Source: Octopus sinensis (taxonomy: Eukaryota). Taken from it: 64,000 nt of DNA. Where the stretch lies: contig NC_043000.1 in the NCBI RefSeq assembly GCF_006345805.1, positions 57,598,001 through 57,662,000 of the forward strand, in the 5' to 3' direction. Within the stretch, counting starts at the first letter, position 1, and each line of letters starts with the position of its first letter. A program made the position numbers and the translations under genes. Positions 1 to 11,440 of this stretch are shown in pieces. The notes beneath the pieces are model-generated. The model saw only the letters and a list, made by a program, of their open reading frames with translations, was not told the DNA's origin and made no database searches.

Positions 1-794
1 TTATCTTTGCAGTTTTACACCCAATTAATTTTTCTTGGTTAGCAAATGTAGGATGATATTTGATGGAGTAATTATTTTTACTGAAAAGTAGTCAATGATG
101 AATTAGAAGTGGAATTTTGTCAATCCTGTTAGGCAAACTGAGACAAAAATTGGAACACAGTGCCTATATAAGGTTTGCACTTCATAACAATGTGCTTAGT
201 ATTGCTGTAACTTAATCTTAAGAACCGTTCTGTTTCCATATGGAAATAATGCACACTATTCCTTTTGAACTAATATAGAAAACTAAAGAATTTATTTTTT
301 TAAATAAATAAATAATATAAAATAAGCTTTAAATCATGTTGCTCTAAGATCAATTCCAAACTGGCTCCTTGGATAAGTAATTTCTATTAAATCCTTGAGT
401 TATCCAATGCATTATGAATAGAATTCAGTAGACAGAAGGCCATCATATATGTGAGAGGGAGCATGTGTGAGTGTGTATATATTATTGGAGAGCGAGAGCT
501 CACACATTGGTCTTGATTAAATATACCTTGTGGTATTTAGACCAAGTTTGATTCAAGTTCCTTTACACCATGGTGGATTTAGCTATTTAACAGAGATAAG
601 AAACAAAAAGGTTCTGATGTTGATATAATGAAGTAAAAATATAAAACTTTGATGCCATTGTCCCAGCATGGTCACAGTCCAAAGAGATTGAAACTAATAA
701 AATAAAAGAATGTATCTGTAAAACAAGATCACACACATCAAAACATATAAAATACTTTGCCTGATAGATCAGTAGAAACTGCCCAGTAGCTTAC

Positions 795-863
795 CTTGAA
801 CTGGAATGGATTCAGAGTATTGCCAACAATTCCAGAAGACACTAACAATACACAGTTTACAGG
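795..863 (-). CDS. RMC1: RMC1 coding exon 7 (gene continues beyond the window start)
   Basis: Acceptor catttacag|; encodes PVNCVLLVSSGIVGNTLNPFQFK, cf. PESAVILLSTTVLENVLQPFHFR. Donor AAG|gtaagc; 69 nt. Confidence 0.88.
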
Positions 864-980
864 CTGTAAATGAAGTTGACAAAGATTAAAAAGCTGATTG
901 AAGGGACATAAATACAAGAATTTTTAAATCATGCAATTTCCTAATTATCTCCACCAGCTCCCCTAACTTTCCCTCATCAC

Positions 981-1086
981 TCAGTTTCACACCCCAACTT
1001 ACAGGAGTGTTCCCTACTGTATAGCCTTCAATCAGTTTCACACCCCAACTTACAGGAGTGTTCCCTACTGTATAGCCTTCAATCAG
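981..1086. repeat. Perfect 51-bp tandem duplication
   Basis: tcagtttcacaccccaacttacaggagtgttccctactgtatagccttcaa occurs twice head-to-tail (981 and 1032). Confidence 0.95.
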
Positions 1087-1254
1087 AAGAACTGGCCATA
1101 TAATACTAAAATGGGAAATTTCAATGACACAAAGACACACAAACATATGTAAGGTTGGCCAAAATAATTACAATAGCTTAATGTTTTGTCCAGTCTAAAT
1201 CATAATTAGCCATAGCCAGGCAATAATAGTCCCTAGCTTGAATCAAGTGTTTAT

Positions 1255-1291
<37 letters not shown>

Positions 1292-1829
1292 TAATGGTAG
1301 TTTGTTGAATGAGTGCATAAAGCCAGTTTAATTACATCTCTCACTACTCCTTGTCTACTTGTAGTATTTCTCCATCAACTTTAACTTTATTTTCTACTTT
1401 CACTTGAAGCTTCAACCATCTTACACAACATTCTTGTGTTCTTCCTGCAACACTCATGATATATAGGCTAAGTTCAGTTCTCTAAGTGTTAGAATGACAT
1501 ACATGCCTAACATACATAATGGCAATACTGACTAAGTGCAGCCTTTCCATGGTTTGCTATCCAGGAGCAGGACACAGCTATTAAATACTTCATCAATAAA
1601 AGAAATAAAGATACCTCTGAGTCTCCATGTTGTGATAGAAATGTTGATCATGCTGGTGTGGTAGATATCAACCACATGGCGGCAGCTGTCCAAAAATGTA
1701 TGAGACATAACACCAAGGTTAATATCATTTACAAAGCTATCTGTATGAAGGATAGTCCTGATGGTCATACCAAGGTACACTAGAAGCAAAATATATCCAT
1801 AACTTTAAAAATAAGGAATACTGGTGGAA

Positions 1830-2150
1830 TATTCCAACAAAAACAGCAACCTGGTGCAAAGAGGCTTGCTATAATTCTATGAGACAGTGTATAAAAATCA
1901 TGTACATGGACTGTTATAGCAGTCAGCTACCTAGTTGATGTGATGTTGTATCTAAAATTGGAGAAAACTAGAACATCTAAAGGAAATTAATGAGAAACTT
2001 ATAGCTTTTATATCCAGACTATAAATTTACGTTTGTTCCTGTATTCATAGGAGCACTGGCCTATGTAACAACAGATTTGCCAAAAAGCCTAGAAATGCTG
2101 GGTTCCCCAAGAAATAACAAAGCAAACTTATCTGCATCCTCCAATTAGTG
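1830..2150 (+). mobile_element. Decayed 3' fragment of an RLE-type (restriction-like endonuclease) non-LTR retrotransposon
   Basis: Similar to the copies at 27300 and 30190 (actgttatagcagtcagctacc; ataaatttacgtttgttcctgtattcataggagcactgg = YKF..VP...GAL). Boundaries approximate. Confidence 0.45.
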
Positions 2151-2246
2151 TGAGTGTACATACATTCTTTGGCTAATTAAATTCATTTAAAATAGTAACT
2201 TAGTATGAAAATAGTCAGTAACAACAAAATAGAATTAGTAACTTAC

Positions 2247-2318
2247 TAGCCAAACAAACCAATTGATGGACAGAGAAAAGGTTTTAAGACATTTCAAAGA
2301 TTTTTTTTCTGGAGAAAT
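2247..2318 (-). CDS. RMC1: RMC1 coding exon 6
   Basis: Acceptor ttccttgcag|; encodes ISPEKKSLKCLKTFSLSINWFVWL, cf. VLPEKRSLKLLKSHNLNVNWY. Donor |gtaagt; 72 nt. Confidence 0.9.
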
Positions 2319-3275
2319 CTGCAAGGAAAAAAATTTGAATAGTATTTTAGTTCAAGAGGAACGTTAACAGTACAAAAAGATCAGAAACAGTGTTTGATTA
2401 AATGTTCTATGTTTATGAAAATTACAATCATCATCCTCATCATCATCATCAGCAGCAGCAGCATCAACATCAGTGTAACACCATTATTATTTAATAGTTC
2501 ATTCAACCTTGCTGATCAATGCTAACATTTGTATTTATGCTGTGGGGCAAAGTTGGGATGGAAGTTAAAATCTGAGCTGCAAGATTTCTACTTCCCATAT
2601 TTACACAACTGAGCTATTGGTATTCATTTAGAACTTAGAGGACATGACTTAAAGGATGAAGGGATGAAAGCTTTTGAAAATAGAGGGTAGATTGTAGTGG
2701 AAGCTTGCTTTGGAATGACTACCTACAAAAAAAAAAATTAAATAATTGAAATATCTAATAGACGAAAATAGACATTTTTCCGGTTATGATAGGCTTGCTA
2801 TAAGTTGTTGATGACTGTATTTATTTTACAATCTATATGTCCAAGCTGACTGTTTAAAGATGACGAAAATCAAAACCCTTTAGGCTTTTGTTGCATTAAC
2901 ATCAATAAAAACAGAATTTCATTACAGCTGTTGATTTGGTCATAGACATAGCATGTGCTCAAAAGCAGAAACCATTGAAAGAGTCTTTATGCAATTGCTA
3001 GACTTGTTAGACATGACATCCACATTTACCTTACACTACACCCTATTGTTAAAAAAAAAAAAAGGAAAGAGATATTGTACAATGTAATGCAAAGTGTACA
3101 AAATGACAATGTTCACAGCTGGAAAACCTTTTGTCAAGGATGACTTGTGGTGGTTAAACAACTACAACAAACTCTCTTCATCAGTGGACCAACATTCTAT
3201 CAAGTTGGCCAGCTGCTATGCTTACCTCAGTCACAGAAAAATATGCTACAAAAAAATTATAAATTCTCAACATAC

Positions 3276-3362
3276 TTGATAGAATTCCACTGCCTGATCT
3301 GTGACAAAGACAATTTCAGTGTTGTTACTCCAACAGAATCCTCGGATTTGTGTGGATTTACT
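3276..3362 (-). CDS. RMC1: RMC1 coding exon 5
   Basis: Acceptor atttgtag|; encodes SKSTQIRGFCWSNNTEIVFVTDQAVEFYQ, cf. ILGFCWTSSTEIVFITDQGIEFYQ. Donor |gtatgt; 87 nt. Confidence 0.92.
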
Positions 3363-5889
3363 CTACAAATATAAAGTAGTTTAAAATACAAAGTCAGAGC
3401 ATAAGAAAACAGAAGTATATAAACAACCAAACAACAATAAAATAGCAATGACTGAAGATGATTTTGATGTCCAAAAAGGTAGCAAAAACATACAAAATTT
3501 ATTGTAAGTCTAAATAAAATGAATAGCTGAACAAAAACAAAAAAATGAAATGGAAATGTTTAATAACCTAAGTTACTGGGTCACCATAAAAAAACTAATA
3601 ATGAAATTTACATTTGATACAAAACTGTTTGGTTTGGCTTGATTTGGTCCATTTTGTAGGGTTTAGTTCTTCCATTTGATACAAATGATGAAGTGCAAAC
3701 AGTGCCAGACTGCACTTGCTGCTGCTACAACTTACTAAAACAGTAACTACTACTACTACTAATGTTGTTAATCCTTAAATATATATCAGTACTTTTTATG
3801 CATTTTATAATGATTTCATTTCTCCATCCAACTGAGTTCTACAAGCTGGAGGAGATTTTCTTTTTAAATTGAAGGCATTCAAATTAAATTAGATAACTAT
3901 CACTTGGAGTGAAATACAAGATAGTTACAAGTTCTTCATTTTCCACTTTACTAAAATGAAATTGAAAATAAAAATTTGGCATTTCTTGGTTCTTTCCTAA
4001 CATGGAGCAATATAAATGGAAGAGATCATTTAATACACTGTAGTCAGTCTACAAGATAACCCAGACAGTTCTATCATGCAGCATAACTTGCTTCTTGCAA
4101 CGATAAAACAGAAAGGAAGAGGAGAGAGAGAGACAGACAGAGAAAATCCAGTTAGAAGCCAAGAATGCAATAGAGATAAATTATATGTAGCTACATTCTG
4201 CTGCGCAGACAGAAAATAATTTAAAAATAAATAGGGGGGGAAAAATGAAATTTTGATAATGAGAATGGCAATAAGCTTAACCTAAATGATGAAAGATCTT
4301 TGAAATGAAAGAAGTGTGAATAATAATTGAAAGGAAATGAGTTTTCATTATGACTGATTGGAAATTGCAAAACACAAGGGATTTATGTCTGAAAGCATTA
4401 ACAGAGAAAAAAGAAGGTTGAGATAGCAAGGAAGATGAAAACATTGGGCAAAATTGCTTTTTAATAATAAGAATAACAATAATAATGATTTCTTACAATA
4501 GGCAGAAGGCCAGAAATTTTAGAAGAGGGAACATTTGACCCCACCACTCTCTCACAAATACTTTGACTGGTACAGATCTTATTGACCCTCCCCACCTTCT
4601 CTATTGTCCTCATGGAAGGATGAAAGGCAAAGCTGACCTCAGTAATATTTGAAATTCAGAGCATAAAGAACTAATTACAATGATTTCTAACAGAAATATT
4701 CCACTGAATAATAATGATTTCTTACCTTCGCACAAGGCATCACATTTTGGGGCAGGGTATGGACAATTAAATCAATACCCCCTTCCTAAAGGGATGTTAT
4801 AATAAATTCAATCCCATCAGAATTTGATCATGAGATTTAATACCGAGCAAAATGCAATTTAATACTGAGTTCAAATCTAGTTGTAGCTGACTTTGCCTGT
4901 TATCCTTTTGGGAGGAAAAAAAAAGAAGAAAAACCCCAGTAATATTGCTGTTGGTTCTATCATATATTCTAGTAACTCTTGCAAAACTGGCCTTATGCCT
5001 ACTTCAAAAGAAATCATTGTTATCATCACCAACATTATTATCATCTTATAAGGGTAAGGAAAAGGAAAGCATGTAAAGGCAACTTCGATGTGGCTAGGTT
5101 GGGGTTATCAACTTTAGCCAGGGTATATCAACTAAAACTTACAGTAGCCCAGGGTAGGCAACACCGACACAACTGTAAAGGAAGCAGTAGAATGAAGGCA
5201 GGATTATTATTATCAGTGAGAAGAACAGTGATTAATAAGATAACTGTCAACATCATTCTACCTTTCCAATTAGATAGTTAATCTCTATCATCTATTTTGT
5301 TAGTTATTGAACAGTAATTGGAATTGTATTGCTTTGATCTATAAAAAAATATTCTTTATCAAAAGGGTTCTTAAAATAAGATTAAAATGTGAACAAACTG
5401 TTTAAGATAAAATCTGACTTTTATCTAACAGGCATATTTTAGAATTTTTATATCAGTATTTGTATAATACCTTGTTCTCTCTTGCTCTCTGTCGTCCACA
5501 AACTAATATATGCACACTCACTAATATACACACTTGAGAAACAAGATAAAAATAACAACATCAAAAGTAAATATAAATTTGATTAACATAATAGATCAAA
5601 TATTGGTAGTATAAAAAATAATCTTCTTCACTTTATTTAGTAGAAACATTTTACAGAAGTGATGGGACAATGTTTCTTTTTTTATAATCCAAAGCCTTTT
5701 AATCTTGTGGTGCACCTGAGCACTGTATACAATAATTTCATTATTATTTTTTTTTTTAACTAAATAAAAGGGAAAAAAAATTAATTTAGTGATAACTGTA
5801 ACAATAATGAGTAAGAGATTTTGATAGGAATATTGGTTTTAAAATACCAAAATTTTAAAGACCAAAAGCTTTCACAAGATGATTGATGA

Positions 5890-7149
5890 TTGGGTTGTCA
5901 GATAAATTCATTTGTTTCTTTACAACATTACTTCAATTAAGACAAAAAGTATTTTTATTGCAGCTTCTTATGGGATTTTGTAGATCTATTCTTCTTCTAC
6001 AACTTTTGGTCTTCTGGTTATTATTTATGAAATTTGAATAAATTTTATCTCTTTTCAGACATATGATGATGTAGTGTCAAGCAGATAGGAGAAAAAAAAA
6101 ACAAAAAACAAAAAGGAGTATTTTCAGCACTTGCTTTTTTGTGCTTTCAATCAAGGTTCCAAAGCTGTTAAAGCTACTTGAGACATTTGTACTGTGTATA
6201 GAGAAGGCATTATAACTGAAAGAACTGCACAGAAATAGTTTTCGATGCTACAGGAGAGGAAATTTGATCTCAGATTCTCTGTGTTCCAGCTGACCTGTTC
6301 AGTTCAATGACGATTGATTGAGGATTGATGCCAATTCATAAAGGAATTGGCCTAGCAGATGGGGTGCTCTCATGATACCATTACCCATCACCTTCACTCA
6401 AGAGGTAAGATTCAAAACTTAGTGCATAGGTACCACATGCTCTAAACAAAAGAGAGAAACTCCAGTACTCCTCTATTGCCACCAGTTTGCTTGCTCTTAA
6501 CACAAGGTTACTTGTGGACACAGGAATTTCTACACTGCATTGTCACTGACAATGAAAAATTGTACCTTTATGTCAATATGAAGAAGAAGAAAGAACAGCT
6601 GAGTCCTGATAAGCAAGCAACACCTCAAGCCAATGATCTGGATTTGGAAGAGCCAGTCTGCTACAAAATACTTGAAAAAGGCAATCAGTAAAGAGTTTTA
6701 CATTCAGCAAACACAACAGCTCAACAATGCAATCCAGCTGAAACAACCCGACTGGCAATACAGCATGCTGCTTCTACACAACTCATCCCCACATTGCTGA
6801 TTTGACTAAAAATGCTATTCAAGAGCTCAGTTGGGAAGTTCTACAACATCCACTGTTCTCCTGATATAATCTCTTCAGATTATCATTTTTTACAGTCTCC
6901 TTCAACCAATCTGCAAGGCATTTTATTCTACAACAAAGTGGAGCTGAAAATGCAGCCTGATGAATTCTAGTGAAGACCAGATAATTTCTGCCATCAAAGC
7001 ATTGACAAGCTAGTGGAACATTGGCAAGAAATATGAACAATGAAAGAGGATATACTATTGACTGATTTGTTAAAATTGGTGATGAAAAATAAAGATTAAA
7101 ATAAGAGGGGGGGGGGAAAGAAGATGAACAAATTTATCTGACAATCTTA
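5890..7149 (+). mobile_element. Degenerate mariner transposon
   Basis: Imperfect TIRs (ttgtcagataaatt / aatttatctgacaa), about 1.26 kb. Transposase remnants FLHCIVTDNEKLYLYVN (IVTGDEKW-like) and WEVLQHP...SDYHFL, with many stops. Confidence 0.75.
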
Positions 7150-7534
7150 TAATTAGGGCTGATATGTAGGACAGGTAAAGCGATGGGAAATATTGATTAT
7201 AAAGTATTTATGTACTCATATGCACTCATTCTAAATACCTTAAAATGCTTCATAGAATTAATAACTTTTTATTTTTCTTCTATTTACTGTACCCTCTCTA
7301 GTTGAGGTTTATTTCAATAATAAAATGTTTCAATAAAAATGTCAGTTAAAATGCTTTTTTCTTTCAGCCTTGTATAATGATTTCTTTTGAACTGGCACAA
7401 AGTTAATTTTTGCAAATCAAAGAGAATAGTTAATTTGAACTCAGTATATAAATAGTAACGAGATAAAAGTAAACAGACAAAGGTTATATTATATCTCACA
7501 CCCATATTTTATGAAAATAAAATGATAAACGTTA

Positions 7535-7834
7535 CCCTTTTTAAGCCTAGCCAGGCTCATGGGCCTGGTTTCCCAGTTTCTGTGGCGTATGCATTCTCCC
7601 CAGCTGGACGGGATGCCAGTCCATTGCAGCATTACTCAAGAAGCAGGAAGAGAGGGTGAGAGAAAGTTGTGGCAAAAGAGTATAACAGGGGTCGCTACCA
7701 CCCCCTGCTGGAGCCTCGTGGTGCTCTTAGGTGTTTTCGCTCAATAAACACACACAACGCCTGGTCTGGGAATCGAAACTGCGATCCTCCGACCGCAAGT
7801 CCGCTGCCCTAACCACTGGGCCACTGCACCTCCA
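7535..7834 (-). mobile_element. tRNA-derived SINE
   Basis: Minus strand starts ggaggtgcagTGGCCCAGTGGttagggcagcggacttgcggtc...GTTTCGATTCCc (A and B boxes, tRNA-like head) followed by a body of about 230 bp. Confidence 0.8.
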
Positions 7835-8148
7835 CTATGAAAATAAAAAGAAACCAATATTTTCTTTGATGTTGAATCTTCCTCTAGCTTAGATTTGTCA
7901 TTTTATGTGAAATTTGACCTTAGTTTGAACATTTCAATTTAACAAAGGAAATTTATAAAACAATTCTTGGGGAAGTTTCACATGCATACACGTGTGCATG
8001 CACACACATACACATACAAACACAACATCATTATTTCGATGACCACTTTTCCATGCTTGCATGGGTTGGATGGAATTTGGAGGCAGATTTTCTACAGCTG
8101 TGACCAACCATCAACCTGTTTCAAGATAACATTCCCCACAACCAGACA

Positions 8149-8430
8149 TCTCTATATATATAAACGGCAAAATGCCTGTCTGTGTGTGTGTCCTTTATAC
8201 AAATCCACAATTTTTCAGTTAGAGGGCTTGCACTTTCTATGGTCATCCAAAACCGTCCAAGGGTGGTCGTGCACATCTTTACATTTCCCCAGTCACCCCG
8301 CAAAACCATTAAAAAAATCAATAGAAGTGACCCTTTTGTGAATTTTCATACCCAAACCCAATCAAAATGCCTGAAACTTGATACGCCAATTGAATGCCAG
8401 CTAGCTGTATGCGATTGTACCGTTCTTTGT
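8149..8430 (+). mobile_element. 5' part of a non-autonomous Helitron-type element
   Basis: Starts TCtctatatatataaacggcaaaatgcctgtctgtgtgtg, the same 5' architecture as the minus-strand element ending at 31717. Confidence 0.55.
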
Positions 8431-8938
8431 GTACCATAGCCATGTGTCCAGCAGGACAATACTCCCTTTCACATGGCCAGGGTCACTATGGACTTCCTGC
8501 ATCAGCACATCAGAACCATGTTGTGGCCAGCTCTCAGCCTGGATTTGAATACAATTGAACATTTGTGGGATAAAATCCAGAGATGGCTGAACCAGGTGGT
8601 CCCAAGGCTGACAACTCATGTAGAACTGGAGGCAGCTTTCCTCAGGGTGTGGGCACAGGGGTCAATGGCTTTTGTGAACTGCCTCATGTACCAACGGTGT
8701 ATGGCTGTTTTGAATACTCAGGGAAGGCATACATGGTATTGAACATGCCACGCCCTATAATCTTGATGAGCTGGATCCGCTCACTACCAGAACACATGAC
8801 AACAACTGACAGACTGTGGTCAAAGTGCATCCAAGAAATTGACTTTATCAGAATTATCAAAATTTATCTCTGACATAATGAAATTAAGACATATTTCATG
8901 GTCACACACAACTCATATTTCTTTTGTGGTTCAGTGTA
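8431..8938 (+). mobile_element. Tc1 transposon 3' remnant
   Basis: QQDNTPFHMARVTMDFL...LWPALSLDLNTIEHLWD matches the QQDNA/WPxxSPDLNPIE catalytic region; ends ...ttttgtggttcagtgTA. Confidence 0.8.
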
Positions 8939-11087
8939 TTTTGTGAAATGCAGTATGAAGCAAATGTGTGAGAATGTTTTGTAGTCACATTCTACTACAA
9001 AGTAACATGTATATTATTTAGATTATTGTTTTCCTTATATATGATTCTTATTTTACTGCACTAAAGAGATTCCACCTCATTGACATTGAAACTGGAACCT
9101 GATGTGATGATGACAATCCTTTTAGTAGTCAAGCAAGTTTTGAAAGATTTGTTAACATATATTCTTTCCAAATATAATACTTTGCATGAGTTGGAGTATT
9201 GTGTGTATAGAGACAGGAAAGAGGAAAAGACAGATTCTTGTAAGATCATATATGGAAAGCCACAAATTTGGGAGATTATTTCCTTACATTTATATATGCT
9301 TGAGGTTTTTGAAAACAATATAATTATGAATAGAGACACATAATGATTGGAATAGTAAAAAAAAAAAACAGTATATTCAGATATGTTGTAAAAGGAACAA
9401 TACCACTGAAGACTCAACAGCAGAAGATATCAATATATTAATTTTCCTTCACTAGATATCTGAATATAAATTGGTCTTTTAATGTTCTGTTCATTAAATA
9501 TACTTCCACAACCACAACAATCTAATTACTGTACAGATAGATCCTAAGCAGATATAATGAGTCAATAACCCTGAAAAGTAGGAGACCAGCCTTCAACTAA
9601 TACTGTTTTTATGAGGTTATTTAAAGTAAGTCTTTGATATGATCACTTAGCAAGAAGAACATTAAACAAATTTACAGTATGAAATAGTGTTTTTTTTAAA
9701 AATCTTGTTGAAACCATTTATTGAAATAAGCTACAGAGAAGCATAGTGGGTTAATCAGAAAGTTAGTAAACCTTACTGAGCAAAAGAACAGTGATACAGG
9801 TTCAGAAAAACAGTTTTCTTTTAAACAGCTTCATCAGAGGAAGAAAGAGCAACACCCATGGCATGTTTCATGAACTCTGAGACTAGTCAAGGAAGCTATC
9901 CTCAGATTGGAGACCTGACCCAATGCTTGCAAAGCACCAAAGGTCAGGTGGCAGTGTTAAACCAAGAGATGGATTATGTTTGCCATTAATAATAGAAATG
10001 GTTCCTCCAAGAAGCTTCTGACTGTTTTTCATCTACTAAAGCTCACTGACAATTTGTTGGTTGACCTAAGGTTATCGTAGTAGCTCTTCATTCAAGGTAT
10101 CATACAGTGAAATCAAACCTGAAGCTACACACTTGTGGAGCAAATTTCTTAACTACACAACCGAGATTGTGTTGATATAAATTGCTTTAAACACAAACAT
10201 GATTTAAATATACAACCACACACTATGCAATCCTTGCTTTCACTTCATTTATATATATTTCTCTGTAACTTGAGTGTATCTCCCATTACATTTTCACCAT
10301 CTTTCTTTCCTCTCTCTCCATCTGAGATAGCCATGTATCTCCTTTCCTGCAAGATGTCTGTTTCTGTTCCTCTATTCATACTCTAACCCACTGGTTCACA
10401 GTCATTTTTTGCCTAACGACCCTTTTGATTACTATTCTATTCTGGTGGACCCCATAGTCAGTCGATGTTTATAAACTAGTTCAAAATTCCTAAATTTGTT
10501 TTTCAAACTTGTGTAGATTGAACCATGTAAAATGTTAGAAAAAGAAACCTAGCTGTTTCTTGCAATACATACACCTAAAGTAAAACTTTTTCATGGACTC
10601 TTAATAAATAACTGTGGATCCCCAATTTACTATTTTGCTTATATGAACCCCCAAAAGTCTTACATTGAACCTCAGGGGGCATATGGACCCTGGTTGAGAA
10701 CCACTGCTCTAACCTCTCACTACTTGGCATAAAACCACTTCCCTCAATATTACTCCTTGGTGACCTCACTGTAAAAAGCACCCAGTACACTCTGTAAAGT
10801 GTTTGGCATTAGGAAGGACATCCAGTTGTAGAAACCATACCAAAGCTGACAGCAGAGCTTGGAGCATTCTTCTGATTTACCAGCTCCTATCAAACCATCC
10901 AATCCACATGCATGGAAGGAAGATGTTAAATGATGACGACGACAATGCTTGCATATTTATTTACCAGTGTAATCATGTCACAGTAATTACTACTGAAATA
11001 TATTTCTTTGCTTTGATATTTTTTTATATGTTTAATATTTACATTATTTACATTTGATGGATATTTGTCCTCATCCTGTTTATTGTT

Positions 11088-11133
11088 AACACAATGTTTC
11101 AGCTGATATACCCTCCAGCCTTCATCAGGTGTC
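11088..11133 (-). ncRNA. Minimal type I hammerhead ribozyme motif (left arm)
   Basis: gacac-CUGAUGA-a-ggcug(loop)cagcu-GAAA-ca-UU-guguu. Stem I gacac/guguu, stem II present, core intact. Stem III is ACAU, one change from palindromic ACGU. Confidence 0.65.
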
Positions 11134-11300
11134 TTGGGGAAATTTTGAACCTGGGTTCTCATTCCTAAGATATTTTTCGATATTATTATTATTATTCAGG
11201 TCACTGCCTGGAATCAAATTAGGAATCTTGGGCATATAGTATAGTGATTAAGAGTGTGGGCTACTAATCCCAAGATTCTGAGTTCGATTCCAGGCAATGA

Positions 11301-11345
<45 letters not shown>

Positions 11346-11394
11346 TATCAAAAAATATCTTAGGAATGGGAACCCAGGTTCGAAATTTCTCCAA

Positions 11395-11440
11395 GAAACC
11401 TGATGAAGGCTGGAGGGTATATCAGCCGAAATGTTGTGTT
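11395..11440 (+). ncRNA. Minimal type I hammerhead ribozyme motif (right arm)
   Basis: gaaac-CUGAUGA-a-ggcug(loop)cagcc-GAAA-ug-UU-guguu. Core intact; stem III AUGU, one change from ACGU. Confidence 0.65.

Noticed and set aside
2428-2472. (CAT)n(CAG)n run suggesting a polyQ/polyH exon
   Set aside because: Lies in RMC1 intron 5 with no open frame or splice support; a simple trinucleotide repeat.
9800-9845. CTGATGA…GAAA on the minus strand as a further hammerhead
   Set aside because: No convincing stem I, II or III pairing around the core words.
11232-11302. Possible functional tRNA gene
   Set aside because: The acceptor stem 5' side is truncated by the inversion, the D-arm is degenerate and there is no T-run terminator. 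Treated as a tRNA-derived head.
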